A DNA stretch of 62,911 nucleotides, the filler included, from Halocafeteria seosinensis (lineage: Eukaryota), in assembly GCA_001687465.1 (NCBI GenBank). It is 5 parts of 5 records of this genome, joined end to end, with 100 filler letters (N's around TTAATTAATTAA, not from the genome) between each part and the next. Parts side by side here need not be neighbours in the genome. Positions count along the whole stretch, not along the records: positions 32,935 to 55,095 come from LVLI01000096.1; positions 55,196 to 62,911 come from LVLI01000099.1; 3 more parts are not named here. One strand, 5' to 3'. Of the stretch, positions 48,563-62,492 are shown one piece after another. The translations under genes were made by a program, and so were the position numbers. Below the pieces are notes generated by a model that did not search any database, was not told the DNA's origin, and saw only the letters and a list, made by a program, of their open reading frames with translations. Every line of letters begins with the position of its first letter. The first letter of the stretch is position 1.

Positions 48563-51317
48563 TTATCGCGTAGCCGCCAACGCAATCACAGTGATGAAGA
48601 ATGTTGTATATAATCCCAGCATGTAAAACCCAAATGGCCGCTTCATTCGAAACCCTTGCAAGGGCACTAACAACAGACAGGAAGCCAGTCCAGTAAGAAT
48701 GAAACCAAAGGCCACATGCACCATCGTGATATCTTTATCTGATTTTGGTTGTAGGTGTTCGGAATGATGATTCTTAGCGATTCCTACCAAGTTTGAAAGT
48801 CCAAGTCCGAAGAGCACATTGAAACTTGGGGAAGCATGGCACGCAGCGACTGCCATTTGGGGGAGACCTTCCTTGGCAACAGATACATCAGCCGCCATGT
48901 CGCCTGCAACCACATTACAGAAGAGAGCTGCGGGCAAGTGTATGGTTGACTCTGCATATCAAAATAGACTCACTACTGGAGTTTCCAATCGCAAGTATTG
49001 TGATTCCTAAAACTGTCGCCGGGATGATCAGAATTTTGCCAATTGCATCTAATATGCTCACTGCACATATGCATTTTCGTACTCACTTAAGACGGTTCAA
49101 AGACGAATCGCCCTGCGCAGTACTTACCGATCTCATGCGCAGCATTGACTATCCAGGAGACGCTCGTCAGAAACGCGAATGCAGTAAGACAGCCACGGAG
49201 AATACCATGAGGCAGTGTGCCTTCCCCGCCCGGAACTTTACGGGGTAAAACGAAGAACAGAACAATGGTACCGACAGTACCGAAAATCAGCGCGAGTGCA
49301 TACCAGGGGAACTGCATCACCACAAGATACCATAACGATTATTTGGTAATTATTGAGGGAAGTGTGAACATACAGAAGTGCTTCCAGTGATGCCCTGAGT
49401 AAACACGATAGAGGGCGCACTTAGCAACCTAATACCAGTGATGACAATCCATAGCGAACCAAAAAACGGGGTCGCTGAAAAGAGACCAATTACAATGTAC
49501 ATCCATATGGTTCCCTTGAAAAAGCAACGGTCAACGGTTACTTACCAGTTACGTATCTCCAATCGTAGCCTTCCTCGCTTAGGAGCGGTACCGAAATATT
49601 CCGAGCAAAATTGCTAGGGAGTAAAAGGTAGCTCAAGAGACAGTACAACGTAGAACTTGGGCCGCAGTGTTTATCAATAAACGACTGTGAATAGAACTCA
49701 CTCGACACTGACTCCTTGGCGGCAATCAAATTCGTCGTAATTTCTTCCGGATGCCGGCAATCTGCTTCAGGACACTCGGCGCGTGACAGCTCATTCCTAA
49801 ACGTCAAAATTTCCTCTTCCTCTTCTGGCTCGAACCGCAAAGACCCAAGCAAATGATCAATCCTCTTGTGCGTGTGCCGAAACAACACTGGATCTGGATG
49901 ATCCTCGAAGAGATGCCGCCAGCCCTCCCGATTGAGATGATGGTGTGGATACTGTTCCTTATCCCAAGGCGCAGTCGAATGCACCGAGTGCCTCCGATAG
50001 GCATCTTCAGCATCAGATGAGTCAGCATATTGCACTGAGTAAGGATTGACTCCTTCTTGTTTCAATATCGCGGCGAATACTCCCGGTGTACTCTCTTGTC
50101 TAACGTGTCCTGTACTTGCACGGCGCCTATCTCCAGGTTCACTGCTGTCCGCATGCTCTTCTGTGGCTGCGGGACCCCCATTGGTGTACGTAAGGCCGAA
50201 CGACTTAGTCTTGCCCTGTTGGTCACTATTAATGCCCTTTGAGGTCGCTCCATCGCCGTGAAGGTCGCGCCGGTCCGACATTTCTAAAGGGGTTTGTTTC
50301 GCGTAGCGTTTCCCGCGTCGGTACACATGATGGCCAACGATCGCCACAGTTGCGTACACAATATACAAAATCAGCAGACCAAGTGCCTGATAAATCCCAA
50401 AGGTGTTAAAGTGGAAATTGATGAATAGATATATCACTCCAATCAGATAAAACGACACATCTCGCATGAAAGGACGGCGTTTCAACGTGAATTCTTTAGA
50501 AATCAGCACGACCGATCCGAGAATTGCCGTGGAGGCGAACATACCAGCACCTAGGATTGCGGACAAACCAACAGACGACTGCCCCGAAGAATAGGCGGCC
50601 AGTGAAGAAAAGACATCTGCATGTTTTCAGTGCATTGTGAGTTCTAATTAGTCATTCACTTAGGCGAAGCGTTGATAACAATCCGGACGTACCTGGAGCC
50701 CCATTTCCAAAGCTCAGAAAGGTAACCCCTGCAGCGTTGGGGGAAAGATTTAACATATCCACAATGACTTGAAGCGTTGAGCAAAAGTAGGCATCTGCCG
50801 AATTAGCAAGCAAGTAAAACATGTACGCCAGCCAGAAGATCAATCCGACCCAGACCAGTGCCTTGTATTCTCCCCAGTGACACTCGTAAATCATGATATA
50901 ATTGAGGAAGCCACTTTTCTGCATTCCAGTGGAGGCACGCGAATTTGGTATCGTATGTTAAACATTTGCCGTCAAATAATTTGTACACCTTACAGAACTT
51001 TCACAACCGGCTTTATCACAGCCGAACTTATTCTGTATCCTCTCCGCGCACGTCTGCTCCCCCAGGGACCGTGCGGAGGTAATGGCTTCCCAGGAAACTC
51101 TGGAGTCCGTAAGCGCGTCGTATGAATCCGTCACCCATCTCCCTCCTCCTCCCTCGGTGAATTCACCATCCCCATCGTGTCTAGTATCCTTTCGTCCATC
51201 TGCTGGAGATTGCGCGATGTGTACCATTCCGCCCAAGATCCCCACGGTCAAAAGCAGCAGCAGGAGTGCTGCTCGGACAGATGTCCGCCGGACTTGGTTG
51301 AACTCCTTGGACACCAT
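48563..51317 (-). CDS. Cation/Ca2+ exchanger (CCX/NCLX-like), copy 2, tandem paralog
   Basis: Same motifs and intron positions as copy 1, with diverged introns and loops. Confidence 0.92.
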
Positions 51318-51918
51318 ATTTAACCAGTTGACGGTGAAGCCGCAAGAAGCTATTGTTGTCAAACTCCACTGTAATCAAGAGACGGGGTGAAGATGACGAA
51401 CTGAAGCACAAATATTCTCGAGGCGGAAAATTGACCTGAAGGCACGCACACCTTGCTGGTTAGTCTTCCCCTGGCGCCAGTAATGCCGTAAAGCGACAGT
51501 GGTAAAGCGGGCAAAACGCCCCGCTTCCAACCAATTGAATAAAACACACTATGTGCCGCTCTCTAGTAGAGCCCCTATCAATTGGCTGAAGACTGAAGTC
51601 ATCCCCCTCAGGGACCCCCTGACGCCCGGTCCGGGCCGCCAGCCCGGCTACAGCCTAAAGGCAAGTTATGTAGCAATGCATAGCCACTTCTGTATGTTAT
51701 GTTATATTGCATTGGCACGAACCGCTTCAGTTCAGATCACACGCTACTTATGGTCCGTTCAACACCGATCAGTCGAGGATTCACAAGCCGAATTTGGTAA
51801 GCCAATCTCCTTTCTTTCTTACTCATGCTATATACCACTAAGTGTACTGTATAACTGTGTTCTGTGCGTGTTTATTACACCCCAAAGCAGCACGACGCCA
51901 GGAGCCAAGAAGACTGCA

Positions 51919-53554
<1,636 letters not shown>

Positions 53555-53674
53555 TAATAAATGACCAGACCTTAGATGTATATTCCAAGCTTTCTTCTAG
53601 TAAGAAAAGGCAAACCGTGTTTGCCGTTGTACGTTTTACTACACTGTAATAATCACAGGATACTATGGCTATAC

Positions 53675-54739
53675 CTAGAACTTGAATACCATGTCTTTGG
53701 AGTAGTTCATGTCCTTGAGCATCCCCTCTACCTCTCCTTGGTCAGACTTGCTCTTCTTGTCACCACTGATGGCTTTCATCATCCCAGGAGGCCCGCAAAC
53801 CATGATTAGATGGTTTTCATCTGGGGGTGGCATAGTTTCGGCTAGCATCTGCTTGTTCGGTCTTCCTTTGTACCCGTCCCATTCCTGTGATTTAGGGCTG
53901 TCCGCTGCGTAGTACACTTTGAAGCGAGGGTGAAGCATGGCCAACGCATCCAGCCTGTTCTTCAGGATTATGTCTGCGATGAGCCAAGGAATACGTGGGT
54001 ACCTGATAACACAAACAAAAACTTCACAATCTAAACTCGAGTAGCGTACCATCTTCACTGACGTTGCAATACAAGAGCCTTATTTCCGTGTTGTCCCGAG
54101 GATCGTCCAAGAGATGCTGCAAATCCGAAAAGCGCGACAATTACACAAAGAAGTTGAGTCCAGAAGACGCACCACACCAACCTGAATGACCTGTAGCATG
54201 GGTGTGATACCACTACCTCCTGCAACAAGACCAATGGCATTCTTCATATTCCGTTCAATTTTCATTTTCTGGAAGGGCCCCTTGACTTCTACCTCATCTC
54301 CGGGTTGCTTGTTGACCAGATGCTTGCTGACCTTCCCTTGAGGATAGCCTTTCACCACAAGATCAAAGTACCCCTTTTGGTTGTCTTTCGTTGTGGGAGT
54401 GTAAGGGCGGATGACATTCTTCCCATCAATTTCGGCCTTGGCAACGAGGCAGGATGCCGTTTCCAACCCAGTGACATGATGCTCCGAAGGCAGATCAATC
54501 CGCAGGCGCTTGGTGTCGTGCGTCAGGGGTTTGACGTCTCGAACTTTGAATTTTTTGAAATTGTTGGGGTCCAGAGCTTGCTTAACGATGAACTTGTCAT
54601 CGTCCTCATTACCTGCGTTTGCTCCATTCTGTTGCTCGGCAAACACGGTGCTGGGTGTTGTCCAGCTGCCAAAACTGGAGGCACCAAACGCCAAACTAGC
54701 CGCCGCAGCTAGAGGAGCGCCCCCACGACGAGCCCACAT
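53675..54739 (-). CDS. NADH-cytochrome b5 reductase (MCR1-like, probably mitochondrial), multi-exon
   Basis: Motifs RPYTP, KGYPQGKVS, VKGP, AGGSGITPM and VCGPPGMM. N-terminus resembles a targeting peptide. Confidence 0.93.
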
Positions 54740-55044
54740 GGCGGCATTCTGGAAGAAAAAGCTGCCTTGCATTCTCTAGATTCAGCTTCAGCAGAAATGC
54801 TAGTCTGGCGGAGCAATCAACCAATGTGAATGTAGGTAGGTAACCCGACGCAATGAAAGAACAAGACAACTTACACTTTTTTCTCCGGGGTGCTTGTGAC
54901 TTGGAAATCTCGGTCAATAGCGTATTGTCTCTATCAAACCTTTCTACCACGGTGTTGCCACTTGCTATAGCTACACTGGTTCCTTCGAACACCCAAACTT
55001 TGGTCCCAAAGTGTTGCCGAACTTGTCCCAGAACACGCAAAGCA

Positions 55045-55047
<3 letters not shown>

Positions 55048-55095
<48 letters not shown>
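55048..55095. repeat. (TG)n microsatellite at the contig end
   Basis: Directly visible. Confidence 0.97.
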
Positions 55096-55195
55096 NNNNN
55101 NNNNNNNNNNNNNNNNNNNNNNNNNNNNNNNNNNNNNNNTTAATTAATTAANNNNNNNNNNNNNNNNNNNNNNNNNNNNNNNNNNNNNNNNNNNN
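55096..55195. other. Artificial contig spacer
   Basis: N44-TTAATTAATTAA-N44. Confidence 0.98.
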
Positions 55196-55435
55196 ATGGA
55201 AATGTTTGTCAGAGTAAATGAATGGACTATCGATGAGGTGCTTGCAGACTTCCGGATCTACAGGCACCAAAAGGCATTGAAAACCGGGCAAGACCAGTCA
55301 AACCTGGATGGTAACCGTAGATTTAAAAGATAGTGAATAGTTCAGTAGAGAGTACGCTGTTGCACCACTCGAATTACACGTTATTTCTGTGCCTAAATCG
55401 GCTCATGTTCCATCATTGGTTCACTGACAACTGTG

Positions 55436-55533
55436 CCCCCGAAATTTCACCATATAGCCCCGAAAAAACAAGCTGTACGGAAGAGAATCTGGCCGGGCCC
55501 CCGAAAAAACCCCCGATACCGGACCCCCGAAAT
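55436..55533. repeat. Cluster of CCCCGAAA direct repeats (subterminal-repeat-like)
   Basis: Four CCCCGAAA and one CCCCGATA within about 100 bp. Confidence 0.6.
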
Positions 55534-57823
55534 ATCCCAGCTCTGCTTACGGTTCGGCAACTTTTCAAATTAGTTGAAGTAGTTCCGGTTGGAATTCCAA
55601 TTGGAGTATACGGCATCTTTGTCTACATAGAGCACTGTACAACCATACAGTCAAAGGAGCGCTGCTCAACAACATAATATCACGAAGGTACAATGCACTG
55701 AGAGACTATGGGAAGCACTAGTAGCCGTTTGCCTTCGAGCAGAAGTGACGAGAGGCCGACTTCCATCTTTCAGTGTGACAACAAACGTATAAATGGGGAA
55801 AAAAGCTTGTTAAGCATTCGATATTTGTTTCCAAAAGAAGCAGGTCGCCATCTCGATAACTATCCGCAGATTGCAGTAGTTGATTTGCGACGACGGCGCC
55901 ATCAATTTTGCCCTTAACATTCCTCACAATAATGGCAGCCAAAACCACCTCACTCACTACCAAACCATACTACTTTGTTTGACCATTCGTCAATTTGTCT
56001 ACATTGCACTCGTTTATTGTGAGAGCCGACAGTGTCCTGCTTGTTTTCAACAGCGTGTGACACAAGGTCCTCCGTTGGGTAGCACCGTATATATAGTGTC
56101 CCACTGACTTTCGCTATTTTTGAAGGTAGCTGCAGCACGACGCACACATTCACGAGATCTGAGAGCTTATCTTGAGTCTTTACTGACGCAATTCAATACA
56201 CTTGGTTTTCAACCTGATGCTGTTGGAGACGACGATGTGGAGCACGGAGACTTCTTCTCACGGTCCAGATCCTCTCCTGCACGAGACTCATCGCCAGCAA
56301 CTTTCGATTCAGAATCCTCTGGATAGCCTGATGAGAGAGATGATCCAAGAAACTGGGAAACAGTCGTAGTATCCTGACCCTCCTTTTGGCGTTCATTGTT
56401 TGACGAAGCTGATCCAGCGTTTCTTCAGCATCGGAAACAGCCTTTCATGTACGATGCTTTTCATCATTTGCACCGAATTGCTCCGCCATCTTGAAGAGAT
56501 GGGCGACTTGACTCTGCTGCGCGTCGATCTGAGTTTGCAGAATGAGCATATCTTGCCGTTCCTGACGGGCTCGACTTCGGCTCTTCGCTGTGCCAGGTCG
56601 GCTGCGCAAAAGCGAGCCTGAACGGAGCCTCCAAGTTGGAACTCTGGTGCTTCGTGCCCATGGTTTTCCTTTTTACGCAAAGCTGCGTCGCTTGTTCGGG
56701 ATTGCGTCTTCCGGTAGGAGCAACACTGATACCCACTCCCTGTGGGACTGTAGCGACCGAGCGAGAATAATCGGCAGGACACTGGACCCCACAATTTGAA
56801 CGATAAGCAACCATTGAAACTCCAATTGCCTGGACATGATTCCTGAGTACTATTTTTGCCCACATCAGCACGCATTTTCTTCAAAATGTAGTCATCGAAC
56901 TCCTCTATTGGGCAAGGTCCTTATCCGCGTTTAAGAAAGCTGATGCATGTGCAAGTGCTTTCTTGCAACCGAGGGCATCCTTAACCTTTGTATGTAGATT
57001 TCGTCCATCAATTCTCGCTGTACCATTGACAGTAGATCGGAGCAAAGTACAAGTCTGGTGAGAGCACTCTTCCTACGATGACCAGAACGTGGGCGTGTTA
57101 GGCTTGTCTTTTAGGACGGCACTTCGTCCTTCGTCCATTGTTACCACCTTCGTTCCCAGATTGGTTGTTAGTGATGCTCTCAAAATCGCACAATCCTTTC
57201 GATACACATGCACGGACACAGATGTGACGGATATGTCCCAACAGACAAAATCCTAAGAGCCAAGAGCCAGGAGCCCCTGTTCGCTGCAGCTCTTTGTGGA
57301 GCAAGGCGTTAATGTACTCTTTGTATAGTTGCACTTTATTGGTGTGTAGAGCCCTACCATCAGGTTGGTCCTACCAACTATACAACTATACATGCGTATA
57401 CACCTCTTAATAGAGCAAGAGCGAGACTCACTACACCTTCACATCGCCTTTCGAGTCACCCGTCTTTTGGCACCTGGTTCATTGACTTCAAATCGAAATT
57501 GTACGGGAACATATACATGTATGGATAGAAACATCTCTTATGTATGCATAGACACCAAAATAGCTCTTGGTATGATGTATTGATGGCGTACTAACCATTT
57601 TCGTTTTTTCCTGATTTCAACAAAATTCAATTTTTTTTTGTGGAAAATGCCGATTTTCGCCGAAAAAACGAAATATTAAGTGTTTTGTAACAAAAAAGTG
57701 CGCCGTGATACATATGTTGTCTGAATGTATTGAGAGTCTGGTATGGCGGGTGAGACGCCTGTTTCAACAAAAAAATAATAATAATAAAAAAAAAATCCAG
57801 TTTCGTTTTCGTTTTTGTTGAAC

Positions 57824-58066
57824 TGGATCAAGAAAAGTTTCTCATCCTTCTGAGGTCCTTCAAAGAGGCGATATTGTGGATGCTTTGATTCTTTCTGTGG
57901 ATAAGGACAGCAAAAAATCACTTTAGGCGTTAAACAACTCAGCACCAACCCTTGGGAGTCCATCGAAAAAACGATGCCCGTAGGCAGTGTACGGTTCATG
58001 GACGTGTGACCGAGACGACCGCGTTCGGCGCTTTGTTGGATTCGACAACGGGATTGAAGGGCTTGT
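57824..58066 (+). pseudogene. rpsA: Internal fragment of bacterial 30S ribosomal protein S1, about 4 frameshifts
   Basis: Frame-corrected translation reads [48 protein letters not shown]...VTETTAFGAF...NGIEGL. This is close to chlamydial RpsA as I recall it. Confidence 0.85.
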
Positions 58067-58069
58067 GTA

Positions 58070-59635
58070 ATGCCCCCTTTTTTATCTCCTCATCGCCCTC
58101 TTTCCTCGGAGGATTCTTTCGCTCGGTGGAAAAAAAAGGCCAAAAAGCCCGGCTCTGCCTGTTTTGTTCACACCAACCCCCTCTTTGACGGCACATATTC
58201 CCGTATTCCTCCTTCGCTAAAGGCCCGCGCCAAAGGCCCTTGTCAAACGAAGACACACCTCAAACAAAAAATCGGTCAATTCTTTCATGAGCTGTTCCAC
58301 AAAACATCGAACCCGCGCTCTTTCGAAGAATACCGGCAATGGTTCACCCAAGAATTTAAGGATTTTTTATACGTCGATCCGAGCGACTACCCTTTCATGG
58401 ATAAAGCCGTGCGCCGCACGATCAATCTTCCTGACCCAAGCTGTTTCCCTCATTACGAAACGGAGATGGATCTGACTAAGCTTAAAAAGGCACTGAAGCC
58501 CTTCGTTCAAGATGCTCAACTCTATCTTCATACCTGTTCGTCGAGCGCCCCTCCGATCCACAACCATAAAGGTCTTTGCATCGGTATGTCGCTCGCCGTT
58601 TTGGCTGATTATATGAAGCGGGGGAGCATCGACGAAGTGGCGCGCCATTTGAAGCCGGGCGCGGATTTGAGGATGGTGAAACTCACCACTTTATATTCGC
58701 AAATGTATGAATGGTCTAAGCATACGCCGCCAACCTTGGGAAAAGCCGTGATTGCCTACACTTTGGATCACCACCCTGTCCTCTCCCTTTATACCCCTCT
58801 TCAAACTTCGTCTTCTTCAACCCCTTTTCAAGATCGGGTCTCAACAACGGCCGAGATGAAAAACCAGCGCTCTCACAGAGATGCCGCTCGCCTCGACCAC
58901 TTTGTCCAAACCTTCCGCCCTTCACACCGAAGCTTTCATAAGCAGGTTCAAACCCTTCACAACCGCTCTATCTCCATGCGCTATCGAGATGGAAGGCGTC
59001 TCACCTGGATTATGAACGCATTTAAAAAAAGTCTAGGCCGGGTCTCTTTCCGAAAAACCGCCCTCCAACATTTTCAAAACAATTGGGGACGCTCTCCCTC
59101 CTGCGCCGAATATTCATCGATCCTTACTGTGGACAAGCTCTTCGAACAACAATTCCCCGAGCCCCTCCAACAAAACACCTATATCCGCCGTGAAGGCTCC
59201 ATCGCCGAAGCTTCTTTCCTGGCGCTTTGCCGCTACGTAGGCATTTCAACGACGCCGACCATGGTCCAATGCTTGCCCTCTAAAGCTCTAGAAATTATGA
59301 GTCAAAAGGGGCGCGGCTACTGGATCGATACCGGCTCCCACTGCTTCACCCTTGTTCATGACTCCGAAGGCCTCCATCTTTTTGACCCGAATGTTGGACT
59401 CATGAAAAACATCACAAACAAAGAATTGGTGGCTTTTCTCAAAAAGGAAAAGGAAAAAATGCAAGAAGAGCGCTGCCATGCCCCTTCGGATGAGATCTTT
59501 TCCACCCATATTGATCTCTGGACCTTCCCCCTTCCAAACAAAAATGCTGGGATCGCAGGTCAGTCCCAAATGGTGCTCCATCGCAATTTCTGCGGCATTT
59601 TCACAATCCCTGAAATCGGATCCTCCAAATACTGA
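58070..59635 (+). CDS. Putative YopT/C58-like cysteine protease (candidate chlamydial effector)
   Basis: 521-aa open frame with KGLCIGMS (Cys), GSHCFTL (His) and LFDPNVG (Asp). The 3' end overlaps the antisense permease remnant. Confidence 0.65.
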   Translation: MPPFLSPHRPLSSEDSFARWKKKAKKPGSACFVHTNPLFDGTYSRIPPSLKARAKGPCQTKTHLKQKIGQFFHELFHKTSNPRSFEEYRQWFTQEFKDFLYVDPSDYPFMDKAVRRTINLPDPSCFPHYETEMDLTKLKKALKPFVQDAQLYLHTCSSSAPPIHNHKGLCIGMSLAVLADYMKRGSIDEVARHLKPGADLRMVKLTTLYSQMYEWSKHTPPTLGKAVIAYTLDHHPVLSLYTPLQTSSSSTPFQDRVSTTAEMKNQRSHRDAARLDHFVQTFRPSHRSFHKQVQTLHNRSISMRYRDGRRLTWIMNAFKKSLGRVSFRKTALQHFQNNWGRSPSCAEYSSILTVDKLFEQQFPEPLQQNTYIRREGSIAEASFLALCRYVGISTTPTMVQCLPSKALEIMSQKGRGYWIDTGSHCFTLVHDSEGLHLFDPNVGLMKNITNKELVAFLKKEKEKMQEERCHAPSDEIFSTHIDLWTFPLPNKNAGIAGQSQMVLHRNFCGIFTIPEIGSSKY

Positions 59636-60380
59636 GTCGATAGCATCTGAGGCGTCAATGCTGAGAGAGCAATGGTTGAAATCCCCAGATACATTAAAAT
59701 CAAGGTCCCCATCGCCAGCAAGATAGCTTTGGGGACCGTTTTTGAAGGGTTCTTGGCCTCAGCGCTGAGCTGGGCCATCGATTCAATACCGGTGTAGGCG
59801 ACCATCGCCATCGCAACCCCCTTCAAAACTGAGGTCAAGAGGGCGACCACATGGGATCACTGCTAAGTGCGAAATCAGCTCAGGGAGATTCAAAAGGGTG
59901 AAAGCTCCGATCATAATGATCAAAGCCTGCGTGGCGACCGTTAATGTCAAAATCAAACTGAACCGGGTCGATCCCCTTGTTCCGCGGGCATTCATGAAAT
60001 AGAGAAGGAAAATGATAAGGACGGTGAAACCGATTTTGAGCGCTACATCATTGAAAAAAGGGCCAACCCGCAATGAAAGAGACCAGATCGTTAAAGGCTT
60101 TGCGCGAATAGGACGCCGACCCTCCGGCATCCTGCACAACAGAGGACATCTCCGCATAGGTTACAGCCGTGCAAGCAAAGACAAGCCATGCAATCAAAAG
60201 CGCAATCGGGGTCGCCCTCAGCGCATAAAAGGCCGTAATCCCCAGAGCATAATAGATCGAGGAGCCCAGATCTCCATACCCAACCGCAAAGAGATCCCCG
60301 ACATTGAGGATCCGCTTAAGAGAGCCGCGATCGATTTGCGCGATCGATCGTGTTTTTGACGAAGGCTTTTACTGATCCAT
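59590..60380 (-). pseudogene. APC-family amino acid permease, fragmented
   Basis: Motifs GYGDLGSSIYYALG, TYAEMSS...AGGSASY and AYTGIESMAQLSAEAKNP. Early stop (MDQ*), frameshifts and C-terminal truncation. Confidence 0.85.
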
Positions 60381-60474
60381 ATTTTTTGTATGAAATTGAC
60401 CGGAATTATGTTCAAGAAAAATCTTTAACTTGAGAGAACTTCTTTAGGAAGCTGGAACAAGACATTCTCATCCG

Positions 60475-60775
60475 GAACATATGATGCAAAGCACGGCCGT
60501 TAGGGCGCCCATAGCCAATCACATCATCGAGCAATTCATCCGCCGCACAGATTGGGGAAAGCTCGATTACCTCCTCGTTGACTTCCCCCCGGGAACCGGC
60601 GATGTCTAGCTCACATTGATGCAAGAAATGCCTTTTTCGCTAGCTATGGGAGTTTCAACCCCTCCGCAGGTTTCTCTGATTGATGTTCGCAAAGCGATCG
60701 ATATGTTCGTCCGGGATGAATGTAGCGGTCGCAGAAACCCTTGAGAATATGAGCTTTTTTCAAATCGAGGAGCAA
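60475..60775 (+). pseudogene. mrp: Mrp/NBP35 (ApbC) ATPase internal fragment
   Basis: [22 protein letters not shown]...STPPQVSLIDVRKAIDMF...ENMS. Contains a stop and a frameshift, and lacks the P-loop. Confidence 0.85.
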
Positions 60776-61150
60776 AACGCCATAAATGAAACCCCAAGAG
60801 ACCTTGTTCCATCCACAATTGAGGCCGAACTCTTCCTGCGGCGATTTTCAATAGATAAATCAGAAAAAAACTTAGCACAAAGGGAAGACAAACGGAGATG
60901 GCTGAAAAGCGATGCGAAGCTCCTGATTTCTAGCAATAAAGAGTATAGAAAAACCATAAAATCGACAAAGCCCCAAACGAAAAGAGTTTTTCAAAGAGAG
61001 TGCAGGCCCTCAAGACTCTCGAAGGGAAGCGTAGAAATCCGCCCAAAAATAGAGGATGAGGACAATATTAAAGAAAAAACCAATTCATAAAATCGAAGAG
61101 GGTTGGAAAAAACAGAGCCGGCTGTTTTTTGGGTTTTTTTTTTTCAAAGG
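60775..61150 (-). pseudogene. PAP2-family phosphatase remnant
   Basis: Hydrophobic segments and LKIAAGRVRP...GF (C1 KxxxxxxRP motif). The SFPSGH motif is absent. Confidence 0.55.
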
Positions 61151-61339
61151 CGTTTTAAGCTTTGATTTCGATAAAGCGCGCCCGGGCTTCCTCGGAGGAA
61201 GATTTTTGCGAGGAAGGCTTGAGCCAATTAGGAATTAGCGAAGAGGGGGTGATGTGCCATCCTCACCAAGCATGCAGCTAGCCATGGCATCTTGGGCGAA
61301 ATGGCAATACGAAAATCCTCTTCGGAGATTTTTTTGTGA

Positions 61340-61845
61340 TCAAGCGATAAGCCGGAGAGTCTCCGTGAGCATCAAGGAGCAAGATCCGCAGAAGATGCAT
61401 CTCAAGAAGTTTATTGGTATCGATATCGAGAGAAGCCCCTCGGATCGAGCGGTGCTGCTTGGTTTGCCTGCCATCACCAGCTCTTCCGCCACCTGACAGA
61501 GCTCGGCTAAACGCTTGAGGCCTTTATGCACCATCAGGGAATGCTCCCATTCTTGAATCATGGAGCTGATCAAGCGCACGGCTTCGTTTTTCCCTGCCGG
61601 CGAATTGAAATTCATGTCCCAACGATAACTCTGGAGAATGGATTAATTCTTGAATTTTTTAACGGCATTTCGTCGAGGCGCTGTCTTGTATTGTTTGAGT
61701 TGTTGTTCTGCATAGTTTTCAAAAGGATTTCGGCTATGGATGCTGTTTTTTCGAAGGTGTCCTGGTAGGTTGTCAAAGAGATTGGAAGGGACGCGCGCGA
61801 TGAAGAAGAGGATCTGCTACTGGCTCCTATTAGTGATAAGCTCAT
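61340..61845 (-). pseudogene. Hypothetical bacterial protein split into two overlapping ORFs
   Basis: ORFs 61612-61845 and 61340-61615 overlap by 4 nt. AGGAG lies upstream of the ATG at 61845. Confidence 0.4.
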
Positions 61846-61993
61846 GAATCAATGCTCCTTAGGTGAATGGTTTTGCATCTTAATAATTGATTGAGATGAC
61901 AGTGCGGGAACCCTCTTTGATCAAGGTAAGAAGGTAGTTGATTGAAGGTTTAAAAACAAGCGCCTTAAAGAGGATAAGGCGCTTTAGTCCTGA

Positions 61994-62473
61994 TCAAGAT
62001 GACCAAATCCATCCTAGAAGGCCGGAAGAATTCGAGGAAGAAGAGAAGTTTGAAGTGAGAAACTGTTTGATTTGAGAGCGTTTTTCTTTGACCTTCTGCT
62101 CAAGATGCTGGACCTCTTCAATACCCGCTTCGACGAAACTAAGCATCCCTTCGAGCTTTTTGGTCTTTTCCTGAGACGCTGTATTGGGTTGAATCCGCCC
62201 TCGGATAAGGCGTTTCAAATCGTCGAAATTCAAAACTTTAGAAAAGGTGTTCTGTCCGCTTGCAATATTCACATAATTTTCGATCCATGTCTTTTGCCCC
62301 GGGATCAATCCATATTGGTAGATCATTAAATCATCGCGGGTATGCTTATCATCTTCTAATTTGGCTGCGCCAAACAGTTGATTTTGCAAAAACACCTGAG
62401 CAATTTCCGTGCGATCCTTGCTAAGAAGAGGACCTAACCCCACGAGGAAGATCGCGATCATCGAGCGAATCAT
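61994..62473 (-). CDS. Hypothetical secreted bacterial protein
   Basis: Signal-peptide-like N-terminus (MIRSMIAIFLVGLGPLLS) with AGGAG upstream. 159 aa. Confidence 0.6.
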   Translation of the reverse strand: MIRSMIAIFLVGLGPLLSKDRTEIAQVFLQNQLFGAAKLEDDKHTRDDLMIYQYGLIPGQKTWIENYVNIASGQNTFSKVLNFDDLKRLIRGRIQPNTASQEKTKKLEGMLSFVEAGIEEVQHLEQKVKEKRSQIKQFLTSNFSSSSNSSGLLGWIWSS

Positions 62474-62492
62474 ATACGAGCTCCTTCACAAA

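Noticed and set aside
56100..57340. Degraded minus-strand coding-like sequence as a specific transposase
   Set aside because: Multiple stops and no diagnostic catalytic motif. Family cannot be assigned by eye.
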